From Fonticula alba ATCC 38817 (taxonomy: Eukaryota > Protista > Nucleariida), in NCBI GenBank assembly GCA_000388065.2, contig KB932203.1: a stretch of 17,403 bases of DNA; one strand, 5' to 3'. Made by a program: the position numbers and the translations under genes. Position 1 is the stretch's first letter, and each line of letters begins with the position of its first letter. Shown here in pieces: positions 7,713 through 17,403 of the stretch. Below the pieces are notes generated by a model. That model was not told the origin of the DNA and searched no databases. It worked only from the letters and a program-made list of their open reading frames with translations.

Positions 7713-7923
7713 GGAGAGGGAGGGAAAGAGACCCACGACTCGAGCGTACACCTTGGAGATGGAGGTTGTTTTTTTTTCCCCTCGAAAAAGGGACAAAGGA
7801 ACAGGCAAGGGGGAAAAGGGGGCGTGTGGGAGAAACAAAGAGAAGGGGGGGGGGGAGGTGGGAGGCAGGTGCGCGCACGTGCACATGCTCACCCTCCCGC
7901 CGGAGACAAAATCCCCCCCCTCA

Positions 7924-10900
7924 TCAGAGGTCCGACTCGGAGGAGGCAGTCCGCGGCTCGGGAGGCCCGGTCGCGGCGGGAGCGGCCGCGGCCGCGGCCG
8001 CGGCCACAGGCACAACCGGCGGAGGGGGCCCGGATGGCACATCGTCCAGATCCGGCGTCGGCAGGCCGGACACCGTACCCGAGGCGACATACTCATCGGC
8101 GGTGATGATATACGGGATGAGTCCCTCGCGCAGGCGGCGCAGGCCATCCCGCATCTGATCCTGGTACACCTGCTGGTCGGCCTTCACCAGGCCCTGGTTG
8201 ACATTGAGGGCGGTGGTGCAGCTCCCCAGCAGGGCCACAAAGGCCGCCGACAGGGCGTTCACATCCTCCACCGAGTGGGCCGTGATGACCTCCGGCTTCA
8301 TGAAGGAGGCGGCGAACTCCAGCGGCCCGGCATTGACCTGCGGCAAAACCGACCCCTGGAGCTGGAGCTGCATCTGCACCGCGTCCCGGCGGTTGGTGGC
8401 CTCGGCCAGGAAGGTGGCCTGCTTGCGCAGGGCCATGGTGGCCACCTGGATGGGCAGCAGCTCCACCTGCTCACGGTGGATGACCCGCAGCCGGCGCTTT
8501 ATGTACGGGAAGTGCCGCTCGGTGGTGAGGATCGTCTGGCGGAGGTGCTGCTCGGAGGTGGCCCCGCGGGCCTTGCCCGACAGGGTGAAGGGAGTCTCAT
8601 AGAAGAAGCGGCAGACATTGGTGTAGCGCTCGAAGTTCGAGCGCCGGGACTGCTCCTCCGGCGGGAAGTACGGCTCCACGAAGGTCACCTGCAGGTAGGC
8701 CTTGTCCGGCTCCAGGCCGGCCTTGTCGACCGTGGCCTCGGGGATGACCTCCACCTCCACGCCGAAGATGCGCTCGTACGAGGTCTTCAATGTCTGCGAC
8801 AGCTCGGCCAGGCGGACCAGGCGCTTCTCGCGCACGATGAACTCCCGTCCGGCCAGGTCCCCGAATGCCTGGCCAAAGTGATTGAGCATGTAGTATGACG
8901 GGGCCAGCTGCGAGCCGCGCTGGAGCTGCTCACACAGGGAAGCCATGTCCTGCGAGGACTGCTGGTGCAGGGTGATCAGGCGGTTGTACCGACGCGTCTT
9001 CTCGTGGATGGGGAACAGCAACTTGGGCACATTGATCAGCGCCTCGTAGCAGCGCTCCTTCCGCAAGAACCGAATGGCGATCTCAATCTGCTTGATGTAG
9101 CTGGTGTCCGTGAAGAGCGAACTGCCGGTGGTCAGGACCTGCTCCATTTCGGAGGCAGCCCCGGCGCCCGGGCCGCCGGTCACCCCGGGGCCCCCGCCGG
9201 TCACCGTGTCGGCCCCGGCCGCCGGGCTGATGTTGGGCGAAATCCGGATGTACGCCTCCATGTCCTGGATGACGCCGAAGTCCGCGGCCCGGGGCAGATG
9301 CCGGGCCACGATGGCCGCCGCATGCAGCTGGCTCAGGGCCGCTTCGTAGAAGAGCTCCTCGCGCATGTTCAGCTGGAAGAGGCGCTCCAGCCAGTGCAGC
9401 TGCATGTCCGGCACCGCGGCATACGACTGCTGCAGCCGGCAGTACATGTCGGCCAGGGCATCCGGATCGCGCGAATGCTGCTCCTGCAGCATGGCCACCG
9501 AGTCGCGCGAAATGTGGAACAGCTTGGTCACCACATCATGCACGAAGCCCGGCAACTTGGCCAGGGCCGAGGCCGGGCCGGAGGACCCCCCGGCCCCGGT
9601 GCCGGACGCGCCATCGGCCCCGGGCGAGGAGGTGGCATGCACCGCCGGATCGACGGCCGCATACTGCAGGATCGTGGCAAAGGCCTTGCGGATGTACTGC
9701 GCATCGCGAAGCTCCAGCCGCGACAGGGCCACCGTGGCCTGCAGCCCGACACGGGCCACATTCCGATAGCCGGTGGCCTCGAACCCCAGCCGCAGCATCA
9801 GGTACAGCAAGGCCGAGGCATACTGCCGGACCGGGGTCTGCGTCGAGGCGCAGTACCGCATGACGATGCAGCAAATGTCCGCGCTGTAGGGGGTCCCCTC
9901 CTGGAAGATGGCATCCCGGAAGCGGAAGATGAAGGACTTCAGCGCCACCAGCTGCAGGCGGATCACCCGGTCCGAGGAGTGCAGGCTCAGCATGGCCGAC
10001 AGCAGCTCGAAGATGGGGGCCAGGCGCGGGTGAAGCAGCCGCACCGGCGTGTCGAGGGCCGTCTCGGTGAGGGCCGCATGCGACCCGCCGGCCCCGACAC
10101 CGGGCTCAGCCCGCGAGGCATCCGCCAGGGAGGCATACTCCGAGGCCAGGAACCAGGCTGCCGGCCGGGAGGACACCACCGCCAGCAGGATGTCCAGCGT
10201 GATGGACTGGACTTCCATGGCCAGCACCGCGCGAAGCTTCGGCTCGGCCACCAGCTCCGCCAGGTGCCGGCCATTGCCGCCGGGCAGGCCGCCGGATGAG
10301 GACGGCCGCGACCCGGGCCCAGAGCCGCCAGGGCTGCCGGTGCTCAGGCGCTGCCCGCCGGCGGCCATGCGCGCGCCGATGGAGCTGCTCCGGCTGCGCC
10401 GGCCAATGGTCCCGGCACCGGTGATGACCGGACCCCCGGCGGGCAGGTCCCCGCCAGCCGCCGGCGACCCGCCAAGGAAGGCCGCCGGCGCCGGGTTGAT
10501 GACCGCATCCTCCGGCAGGAGGATCGACATGGACAGGCGCTTGCTGCTGGTGTTGCTGCCGGCCGCCGAGGAGGAGGAGGCATCCGACGGCGTGCCAGAC
10601 CCGGACCCAAAGCCAAATGGCCCGGGAGAGGGAGGCCCACCGAAGCCGCCCACCGGCGAGGGGACCGGCGAAGCGCCATGCAGCCCGGCGGCCAGGTCGG
10701 CCGGGCTGAGACCGGCCACGGCGGCCGCCGCCGCGCCGGCCTCGCCCAGCAGAGCCGCCCGCTCGCGCGTGATGTGCCTCTGCCCCAGATACTGGAAGAT
10801 GTGCGACGCGCAGGAGAGCGTGTCGAAGAAGGAGGCGAAGTCCGACCGCGAGCAGTGCTCGAACAGCCACTCCGTCAGGCAGTCCAGGTGCGTGTGCCGC

Positions 10901-13900
10901 AGGACCGTCATGAACACCAGCAGCAGGGCACGCGCCTCGGCCAGGGAGAAGTCATAGGCCGAGGAGCTCTCCGGGGCCAGGGCCGCGGAGTCGTGCTCGC
11001 CGAAGGCCGACTCGCCGTCGGCCACGGCGGCGTCCCTCTTGGCGGCGGCCGCGGCCGCGGCCGCGGCCGACGCCGCAGCCGCCGAAATCGGCCGCCTCGA
11101 GGAGGAGTCCGCCTTCGGTGGCGTATCCAACGAGGCACTGACCAGGGCCTTGCGCAGGGCCGGCGCACAGCGCACAATCCGCGGGATGATCGGGAAGAAG
11201 ATGGCGCCCAGGCGGGCGCGCTTGTCGGCCGTGTCGAAGCGCGGGTCGGCGTCCAGCTTGCCGATGATGTCCCGCAGCACGAACACCGCATTGGACCGGG
11301 GCTCCTGCTGCTGGTGCTCCAGCATCAGGCCCACCTCGTGAATCAGCAGCCCAGCCAGGTAGTGCCGGCGCCAGAATTCATCCTGCAGGTCGTTGGTCCC
11401 GGGCGGGCTGCCGCCGGACAGCGAGTCCAGGGTGGGCGAGCCGGCCGCGGAGCCGCCATGGCCGGCGGTCACGGACGACAGGCCGGACATCAGGGCCGAG
11501 GCCACGCTCTGGGCCAGGCCCAGGGCGCCGTTGGCCAGCAGCGAGCCGGCCCCCGGCGACGCGGAGGAGGCCCCGGGCCCCGGGGCCGCGTCACTGATGG
11601 ACCCGACCGAGCCCATGGACGCCATGGACCCGGCCCCGCGCAGGGGGAACTCCCGGCCCTCGGGGTAGAGCGGCGCCACGCCGCCCATCGGCCGGCGGAG
11701 GTAATCGCTGGTCGGCAGGTTGAGCGCCACGAAGTGCTCATGCGAGCAGACGATCTTCAGCATGTCGAACTTCAGCAGCAGCAGCGGGGCCGACTGGTTG
11801 TAGGAGATCCGCTGGCAGTGGAGCTCGGCAAAGCGGAAGACCGACCGCTTGTCCAGGAAGGAGGCCAGATCCCCAATGAAGTAGGAGAGGCTGGTGTTGA
11901 AGTCCCGCACCGCGGCATAGTTGGACTTGTAGTCCTTCAGCAGGTGGGCGATCATGGCGTCGAACAGCTGGTTCAGCTGGTGCGTGAATGTCAGCGGCAG
12001 GCCGCGCGGCGCCTGGCCGGTCACCGCGGCCGCCGAGGTCCAGCCCACCTCATCATGCAGGTACTGCAGGACGCTCTTGATGCACACGTCAAACAGGAAC
12101 CACGCATACCGGAGCAGGTGGTTCCGATGGTCGCGGCTGAGGAACCCGGGATCGGTCAGGGCCCGGAGCAGCAAATCCACCACCACCTGGAAGAGCTCCG
12201 CCTGGTCGGGCTGCGCATCCAGCAGCGTCGGCGAGGGGGCCGTCGGCGAGGAAGGCGAGCTGGCCGCCGCCGCCGCCTGGGCCATGGTCCGGTTGTGAAC
12301 CCGGTACCGGATGTAAGACACCAAGTCCGGATGGCGCCACGCATGGGCCGGCGCCGCGGCGTGGCTCGGGCCATGGGAGTGGGCCCCATGCGCATTCCCG
12401 GCGCCCGTGGCTCCGCCACTGCTCAGGGTCGACAAGACATCGAGCAGCGCACCGAGGGCCGCGGCCGGGATGGCGGCCGTCGGCCCGGAGGCGGCGGCCG
12501 CCGCCGCCGCACCCCCGAACCCCGGGGCCGATGTACACGTCAGCAGGTTCAACAGCGAATCCAACACCACCGAGGAGTATTGGGCCAGCACCGGCCGGGA
12601 CACCTTGGCCAGGCCGCGCAGGGCGTCCACCAGCCGGGTCACCGACTCCGGCTGGGCGGCCACAAAGTCCAGCGCGCTGAAGAACCGGTCCAGCGCGCGG
12701 TCCTGTGTGTAGATGGACGACACGAGGCGCGTGCGCAGGGTGAACACCGGCCGGCGGCTTTCCAGCCACTTGTGGTCGGCCCCCTCGGCATCGTAGGGCG
12801 TCGAGCTGTTGATCTCGGTGGCCACCGGTAGGTGGTACTCCCCGTCCGGGATGATGGCCCCATCACGGCGCAGGTGCAGCCACGAATAGCCCAGCAGGTG
12901 CTCCGAGCGCAGGGTCTTGCGCGGCTTGCAGCCAATGTGGTAGAAGGTGAAGAGGCAATGGTACTCATTGGCTGCCGACAGGAGATTCAGCGGCAGGGCC
13001 ACCTTGAATTCGTCGAAGAACTGCGGCGCCTTCTCGTGGAAGGACACCGCCGAGTAGACCTCGCTGACGAAGGACTGCCCCGGGGCCCGGCCGAAGAGGG
13101 CCTTCAGGGCATTGGACCCGGGGGCCGCCGTCGGCGAGGAGGACCCGCCGACCGAGGTCGGCACGAACTGCATGCGGATGGCGATGTTCCGGGCGTTGTC
13201 CCGGCCGCCGGTCCACCGGCTCATATTGACCATTTGCGGGTACACGTACAGGAGGTTGACGAACTCCATGTGCTGGCGCCCGGATTGGCTGGTGGTGAAT
13301 TCGCCCACCTCGCGCACGATCTTGAGGGGGTTGACGTCGGCGTAGGGCTGCAGTCGGGAGGGAGGAGGAGGGAGGGAGGGAGGAGGAGGGAGGGAGGAAG
13401 GAAGGAGGGAGGGGGGAGGAGGAGAAGAGAAAGAGAAGAAGAAGGAGAAGGAGAAGGAGAAGGAGAAAGAGAAGGAGAAGAAGAAAGAGAAGGAGAAGGA
13501 AAAGAAGAAAGAGAAGAAGAAAGAGAATGAGAATGAGAAAGAGAATGAGAATGAGAAAGGAGCGACAAACAGGTGTCAGAAGCAAAAGGAGAACAGAGTA
13601 GCAAAACCAGCTGAGGCAAAGGGACACCAAAAAAAAGACGCCCACACACACCTTCACCGGGGCCAACGAGGGGGTCAGGGAGTTGGGCACCTGCACCATG
13701 GCATCCACCTCGCGCATGTGGAACTGCAACACACCGGACACGGTGCGGCGGTTGCGCGCCGAGGCGCGCTTGGAGCTGGAGGAGACGGCGGCGGCGGCGG
13801 CCGCGACCGCGGCCGCACCGCTGGCCACCGGGGCCCCGGTGGTCGGGCACTGGCCACTGGTCGAAACGAACTGCGACAGATAGGAGAAGATCTCCTCATC

Positions 13901-16900
13901 GGCGCACCGGCTGTCCTCATAGCGGAAGAGCCCACGCATGGACAGACGGTCGGTCCCCTCGAGCAGGTCGCAGCTGGACGTCGGGGCGATGGCCGGCTGC
14001 CCGCCGGACAGCGAGGGGTCCGACAGGTCCGACATGCTGGACTGGATGGTGGTGAACTGACTGCCGGAGGTGGCCGAGGAGGACCGCGGGAGGCTGCTGC
14101 CCGAGCCGGACGCCGCATCCGACGTGGAGGACGCCGAAGAGGCCAGCTGACTGCCCCCGGCATGGGTGAGGCCAAAGTTCAGGGACAGATCCGACCCGAT
14201 GCCCGGGAAGGCCGGCGACGCGGCGCCCGCCGGGTGGGGCACCGCCTCGGCCGAGAGACCGGTCTCGGTGGACAGCAGACGCATGGCGCCCCAGGCGTAG
14301 GGCTGCCGGAAGCGCCCCAGCCGAGTGCACAGGTTCTCCACCTGCTCCACGGTCGGGGCCAGGCTGGACTTGGCATTGGGAGCATACCGGTCGTAGATGG
14401 GCTCGATGTCCCCCTCCAGGACCTTGTCCACGCGCAGGACCAGGAAAATGTCCATGCTGGGCTGGGTCAGCTCGAACATGGCCCGGCGAGACCGACAGGC
14501 CGGGTCATCCTCCTCCGGCAGGAAGAGCCCCGACGAGCTGTCCGCCAGCGACATGTTGGAGGAGGAGACCCCGGCGCCCGAGGCCGGCGTCACGGACGAC
14601 CCGCCCACCTGGCGCTCGCCCTGCGACTGCTGGTCCAGGTTCAGCTGGATCCCCTGGCGCAGGCGCCGCATGATGGACTCGGAATTGGTGTGGAAGTGCA
14701 GGACCTCGGACACGCGCTGGCGCTTGGCAATGTCCACCAGCATCAGCGACCCGAACCAGGGCTCCGGCGTGGGGCCCATGTCCAGGGCAAACACCTCGAT
14801 CAGGAAGCGCCGGCCCACCTGCGTGCCGAAAGGCTCGCCCACCGGGCGCGGCACGTGGATCACCTCCGAGGAGGGGGCCGTCGAGCTCAGGGGCGCCGCC
14901 GTGCCGGTGTCCCCGGGCCCGGCCGTGAAGGCCGGCGATTCCAGCATCCGATATGTGGGGAAGACCAGCTGCCCGTAGTTGACCACCCGGACGCCGGTGT
15001 CGCCGGAGGCCGTGGCCGACAGGAGGGACTTCAGCGACATGGCCGACGAGTAGTCGGCCCGGCTGCGCGATGCCAGCAGCGAGTTCTCGCCCTCGCCGGG
15101 CACGGCGATCGACACATCCTCCGTCGAGCCGATGCGCAGCTTGGGCAGGCCGCCGGGGCCCGTCGGGTCGGCGGAGCCCCCGGCCGCAAGATCATGGCCA
15201 CTGTCATCGATGCCGGCACTGCCGCCGGTCTCGGAGAGCATCTCAAACAGCAGGCGATCCGCCTCCGAGGGGTCAAGGCGATCGGCCGGCGGCCGGCGGG
15301 TCGGCCGCGATGACAGGGTGGCCGACCGCCGGAGGGACGACCCGCCGCCGGTGTTGATGACCGTGCTCAGCAGATCGCCACCGCTTCCGGGGCCGGCGCC
15401 GGCGCCGGAAGCGGAGGAGGAGGAGGAGGAAGACCCGCCGGAGCCGGGCCGGCCGGGGGACTGTGCCCCGCCGGGGCTCAGCCCGGCCGTGCGCGACAGC
15501 GTGCCGTACGTCGAGCCGGGGCGGTTGCGCGAGCCAGTGGCCGCAGGGGCGGGAGCCTCTGAGGTGGGCGTTAGACATTGAAGCCGGGAGGAGCAGGAGC
15601 ACCGGAGGGGAGTGTGTGTGTGTGTGTGTGGAAGGACCGAGCAAACGCACCCTCATCAGGGAGCAAATCAATCTCGAAGCCACCTACTGTCAGACTCTCC
15701 AGGAACTCGATCTTCTCGGTGGGGCTGGCACGGAGCGCGACACGAAGGGGCCGGAAGCCGGGGGGGGGGGGGGGGACAGAGGGAAAGGGAGGAACGGACG
15801 TCAACAACATGAACCGCGTGTGACGAGGAAAAGTTACGAAGCAGGAGAAACAGCGGGGGGGGGGGGAGATACGCACTCGGTCGGGCCATAGGGCGATGGG
15901 TAGTGTGAGAGGTGCTCATACTGCCGGGCGAGGACGGTCCAATCGCGAGTGAAGAAGTCGAAGAGACCGCGGACATAGAGGGAGACGGCATTGGGACCGA
16001 GTGACGCCAGGAAGGAGGACTGGGAAGAGAGCTCGGACGAGCGTTTGGAGATCTGCCATTGCGTCACCGGCAGCGAGGGCGGGGGGCAGGAAGAGGGACA
16101 AGCACATGAGGTCAGTGGGGGGGCGCCAGCCGGCATGTGATGAGCCGGGCAGAGCGAGGCCCAGGCCACAAGGGGGAGGAGGCGAGAGGAAAGGGCCGAC
16201 GAAAGGGCGAGGCGGCGCACCGACGATGGGAGGGACACCGAAGGGATGGGCAGGCGGACGGTGCGCTGGAAGCGCTCCGGGCGGTAATACGCGATGTTGT
16301 CCTCGGGGAAGACAAGGATCGCGCGGGCGGGGTCTTCGGCAATCAGCTGTGGTCGGGGCGCAAGACGAGGGGCCGGAAGTCAGGGACCGGGCCATGGGAA
16401 CGGGGCAGCAGCGAGTGACAAGGGCGCGGGAGCAAGTGACATCCCCTCCCGGTGCCAGGGCGCACCTTGGACTTGATCATGTACACCGACTCGAAGTCCA
16501 TTGGCTCGACGTAGTGCAGCTGAGGCGGTGGCGAGGGCGAGGGCGGTGGTGGTGACGGCACAGCCGGGGGGGGGGNNNNNNNNNNNNNNNNNNNNNNNNN
16601 NNNNNNNCAGCAGGAGCCGAGAGCCCAGCAATGGCACGGCCGGCGGTGGCCGCGCGAATACACCGAGCGAGAGAGGGGGGGGGGAAGAGAAAAAAAGAGG
16701 GGGAAGGCAAGTGCACACCTCAGTCGGGGCGGCCTCGAGGCGGTCCATGGCCGCGAGGCTGGCCTTGTTCGCTCGGGCGGAGGGGTCCTAAGGAGGGCGG
16801 CGGAGGAGGAGGAGGAGGACGAGGGAGCAGAGTGTCAGCGAGCAAGGGAACGCCAGGGACATGCGGCAGAGGCCGCCGACCAGCACGAAGGAAGGGCAGA

Positions 16901-17373
16901 GGGAGAGGCGGGGAGCGGAGGAGGCAGCCGGAGCCGCGCACCATCATCAGGATCGGGGCGACCGAGCCGCGGCGCATGAGCGGCGAGCCACTCGGGGACA
17001 TGGCTCCCGGGGCCAGGTTGCCACGCGGGCTCAGGAGGTGGTTATTCGGGGCGGCAGCAACGACGCGCCGGCGAACGAGCGGGTCGCCGGCGGACTGCTT
17101 CGAGGCGTTCGGCGTCAGCGGGGCCACCGAGGGGGCAGCCTCCTCGGCGCCATCACGGGAGGTGGCTGGATCGGGCAGCAGCGGGGGCGGGGCGGGGTCA
17201 GCGGGCGGCGGCAGCCGGCAGATGGGGGCGGCCGCCCCGGCACCATCGCCACCATCGCCACCGCCGGCCGGAGAAGGGGCCACTAGCCGGAGGGCCAGTG
17301 GCGGCGGCGGCGGAGATCCGGGCGGCGAGGGGGCTGAGGTGCCGGCCGGGGGGAGCGCGGACGGACCTGGCAT
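7924..17373 (-). CDS. DOCK6/7/8: Dedicator of cytokinesis GEF, DOCK-C (DOCK6/7/8-like) architecture, about 2753 aa. Exons 17373-16942, 16787-16719, 16519-16466, 16346-16221, 16052-15877, 15724-15651, 15558-13652, 13347-7924
   Basis: Spliced N-terminus YVEPMDFE..DPARAILVFPEDNI..YVRGLFDFFTRDWTVLARQY..FEID matches the DOCK-C/D N-terminal region. An N-terminal C2-like region reads EPWFGSLMLVDIAKRQRVSEVLHFHTNSE..FLVLRVDKVL..LGRFRQPYAW. DHR-1 (NLLYVYPQ..ARNI..FFDEFKVALP..LFTFYHIGC) and DHR-2 (AYLQVTFVEPYF..FFYETPFTLSGKARG..FPYIKRR..LQGSVLPQVNAGPLE) are both present. All seven introns are phase-compatible (0,0,0,0,2,1,0). Total 8262 nt = 2754 codons, ending in tandem TGA TGA. The first ATG and exons 1-2 are less certain, and one intron spans a gap. 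Confidence 0.92.
8107..9468 (-). other. DHR-2 (DOCKER) catalytic GEF domain, approximate bounds. Nucleotide-sensor Val codon at 8337-8335
   Basis: Lobe A DPDALADMYCRLQQSY..PDMQLHWL..EAA..LHAAAIVA; lobe B QVTFVEPYF and TPFT; lobe C LQGSVLPQVNAGP. Confidence 0.9.
12700..13267 (-). other. DHR-1 (C2-DOCK) phospholipid-binding domain, approximate bounds
   Basis: EFVNLLYVYPQ..ARNIAIRMQF..LFGR..YSAVSFHEKAPQFFDEFKVALP..LFTFYHIGC..LGYSWLHL..GEYHLPVA..VFTLRTRLVSSIYTQD. Confidence 0.9.
13356..13527. repeat. 172-nt uninterrupted polypurine/polypyrimidine tract with GAG, GAGAAG and GAA subrepeats, in DOCK intron 13651-13348
   Basis: No C or T on the + strand from 13356 to 13527. GAGAAT units continue to about 13557. 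Confidence 0.95.
15570..15574 (-). promoter_or_regulatory. Canonical branch-point motif CTAAC in the 92-nt DOCK intron 15650-15559
   Basis: Minus strand reads GTCTAACGCCCACCTCAG; the branch A is about 12 nt from the intron end. Confidence 0.7.
15612..15630 (+). repeat. (GT)9 microsatellite ((CA)9 on the DOCK sense strand) in DOCK intron 15650-15559
   Basis: Read directly. Confidence 0.95.
16576..16607. other. Assembly gap (32 N) inside predicted DOCK intron 16718-16520
   Basis: Run of N next to a G homopolymer. Confidence 1.
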
Positions 17374-17403
17374 GTTGGCGAGGGGAGGGGGAGCGATGGG
17401 GGG

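Noticed and set aside
13315-13317. Start of the 1797-aa ORF as an independent gene
   Set aside because: The codon is GTG inside the last DOCK exon, which begins at 13347.
13348-13651. Very long Leu/Phe/Ile 'transmembrane' stretch in ORF 12965-15241
   Set aside because: It is the translation of the intronic polypyrimidine tract. Splicing at 13652/13347 joins PVK to PYAD in frame, as DOCK homology predicts.
8965-15313. Long plus-strand ORFs (8965-10299, 10678-12831, 13718-15313 and others)
   Set aside because: They are antisense shadows of the GC3-rich DOCK coding sequence and have no recognisable domains.
1-17403. CRISPR array, tRNA, rRNA, transposase, terminal inverted repeats, telomeric repeats or prokaryotic operons
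   Set aside because: None seen. All repeats are spacer-less microsatellites or homopolymers, and the genes are spliced eukaryotic genes.

Overview
Eukaryotic, visibly GC-rich, intron-containing genomic DNA with two assembly gaps (2501-2716, 16576-16607). It is not prokaryotic or viral. The style suggests a unicellular opisthokont such as Fonticula alba, but that is inference only. I rebuilt four protein-coding genes by hand with phase-consistent GT-AG introns. (1) A 5'-truncated ARMC1 homologue (+, 43-1604). (2) An intronless orphan ORF of 578 aa (+, 3053-4789) with a repeated LQRLAxRNxALLxQ motif and a possible mitochondrial presequence. (3) A five-exon TM2-domain gene (+, 5892-7442, 332 aa). 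(4) An eight-exon DOCK-C/D-type Rho-family GEF (-, 17373-7924, about 2753 aa). Most other ORFs in the track are antisense or frameshifted shadows caused by high GC. I found no clearly new biological system. The best leads are: an unusual 5' splice-site consensus (11 of 13 donors are GTGYGY, none has A at +4); long AG-free, repeat-filled introns implying distant branch points; TM2D and DOCK proteins that mix features of separate animal paralogues; and the orphan repeat protein. All comparisons with human proteins are from memory and need an alignment to confirm.
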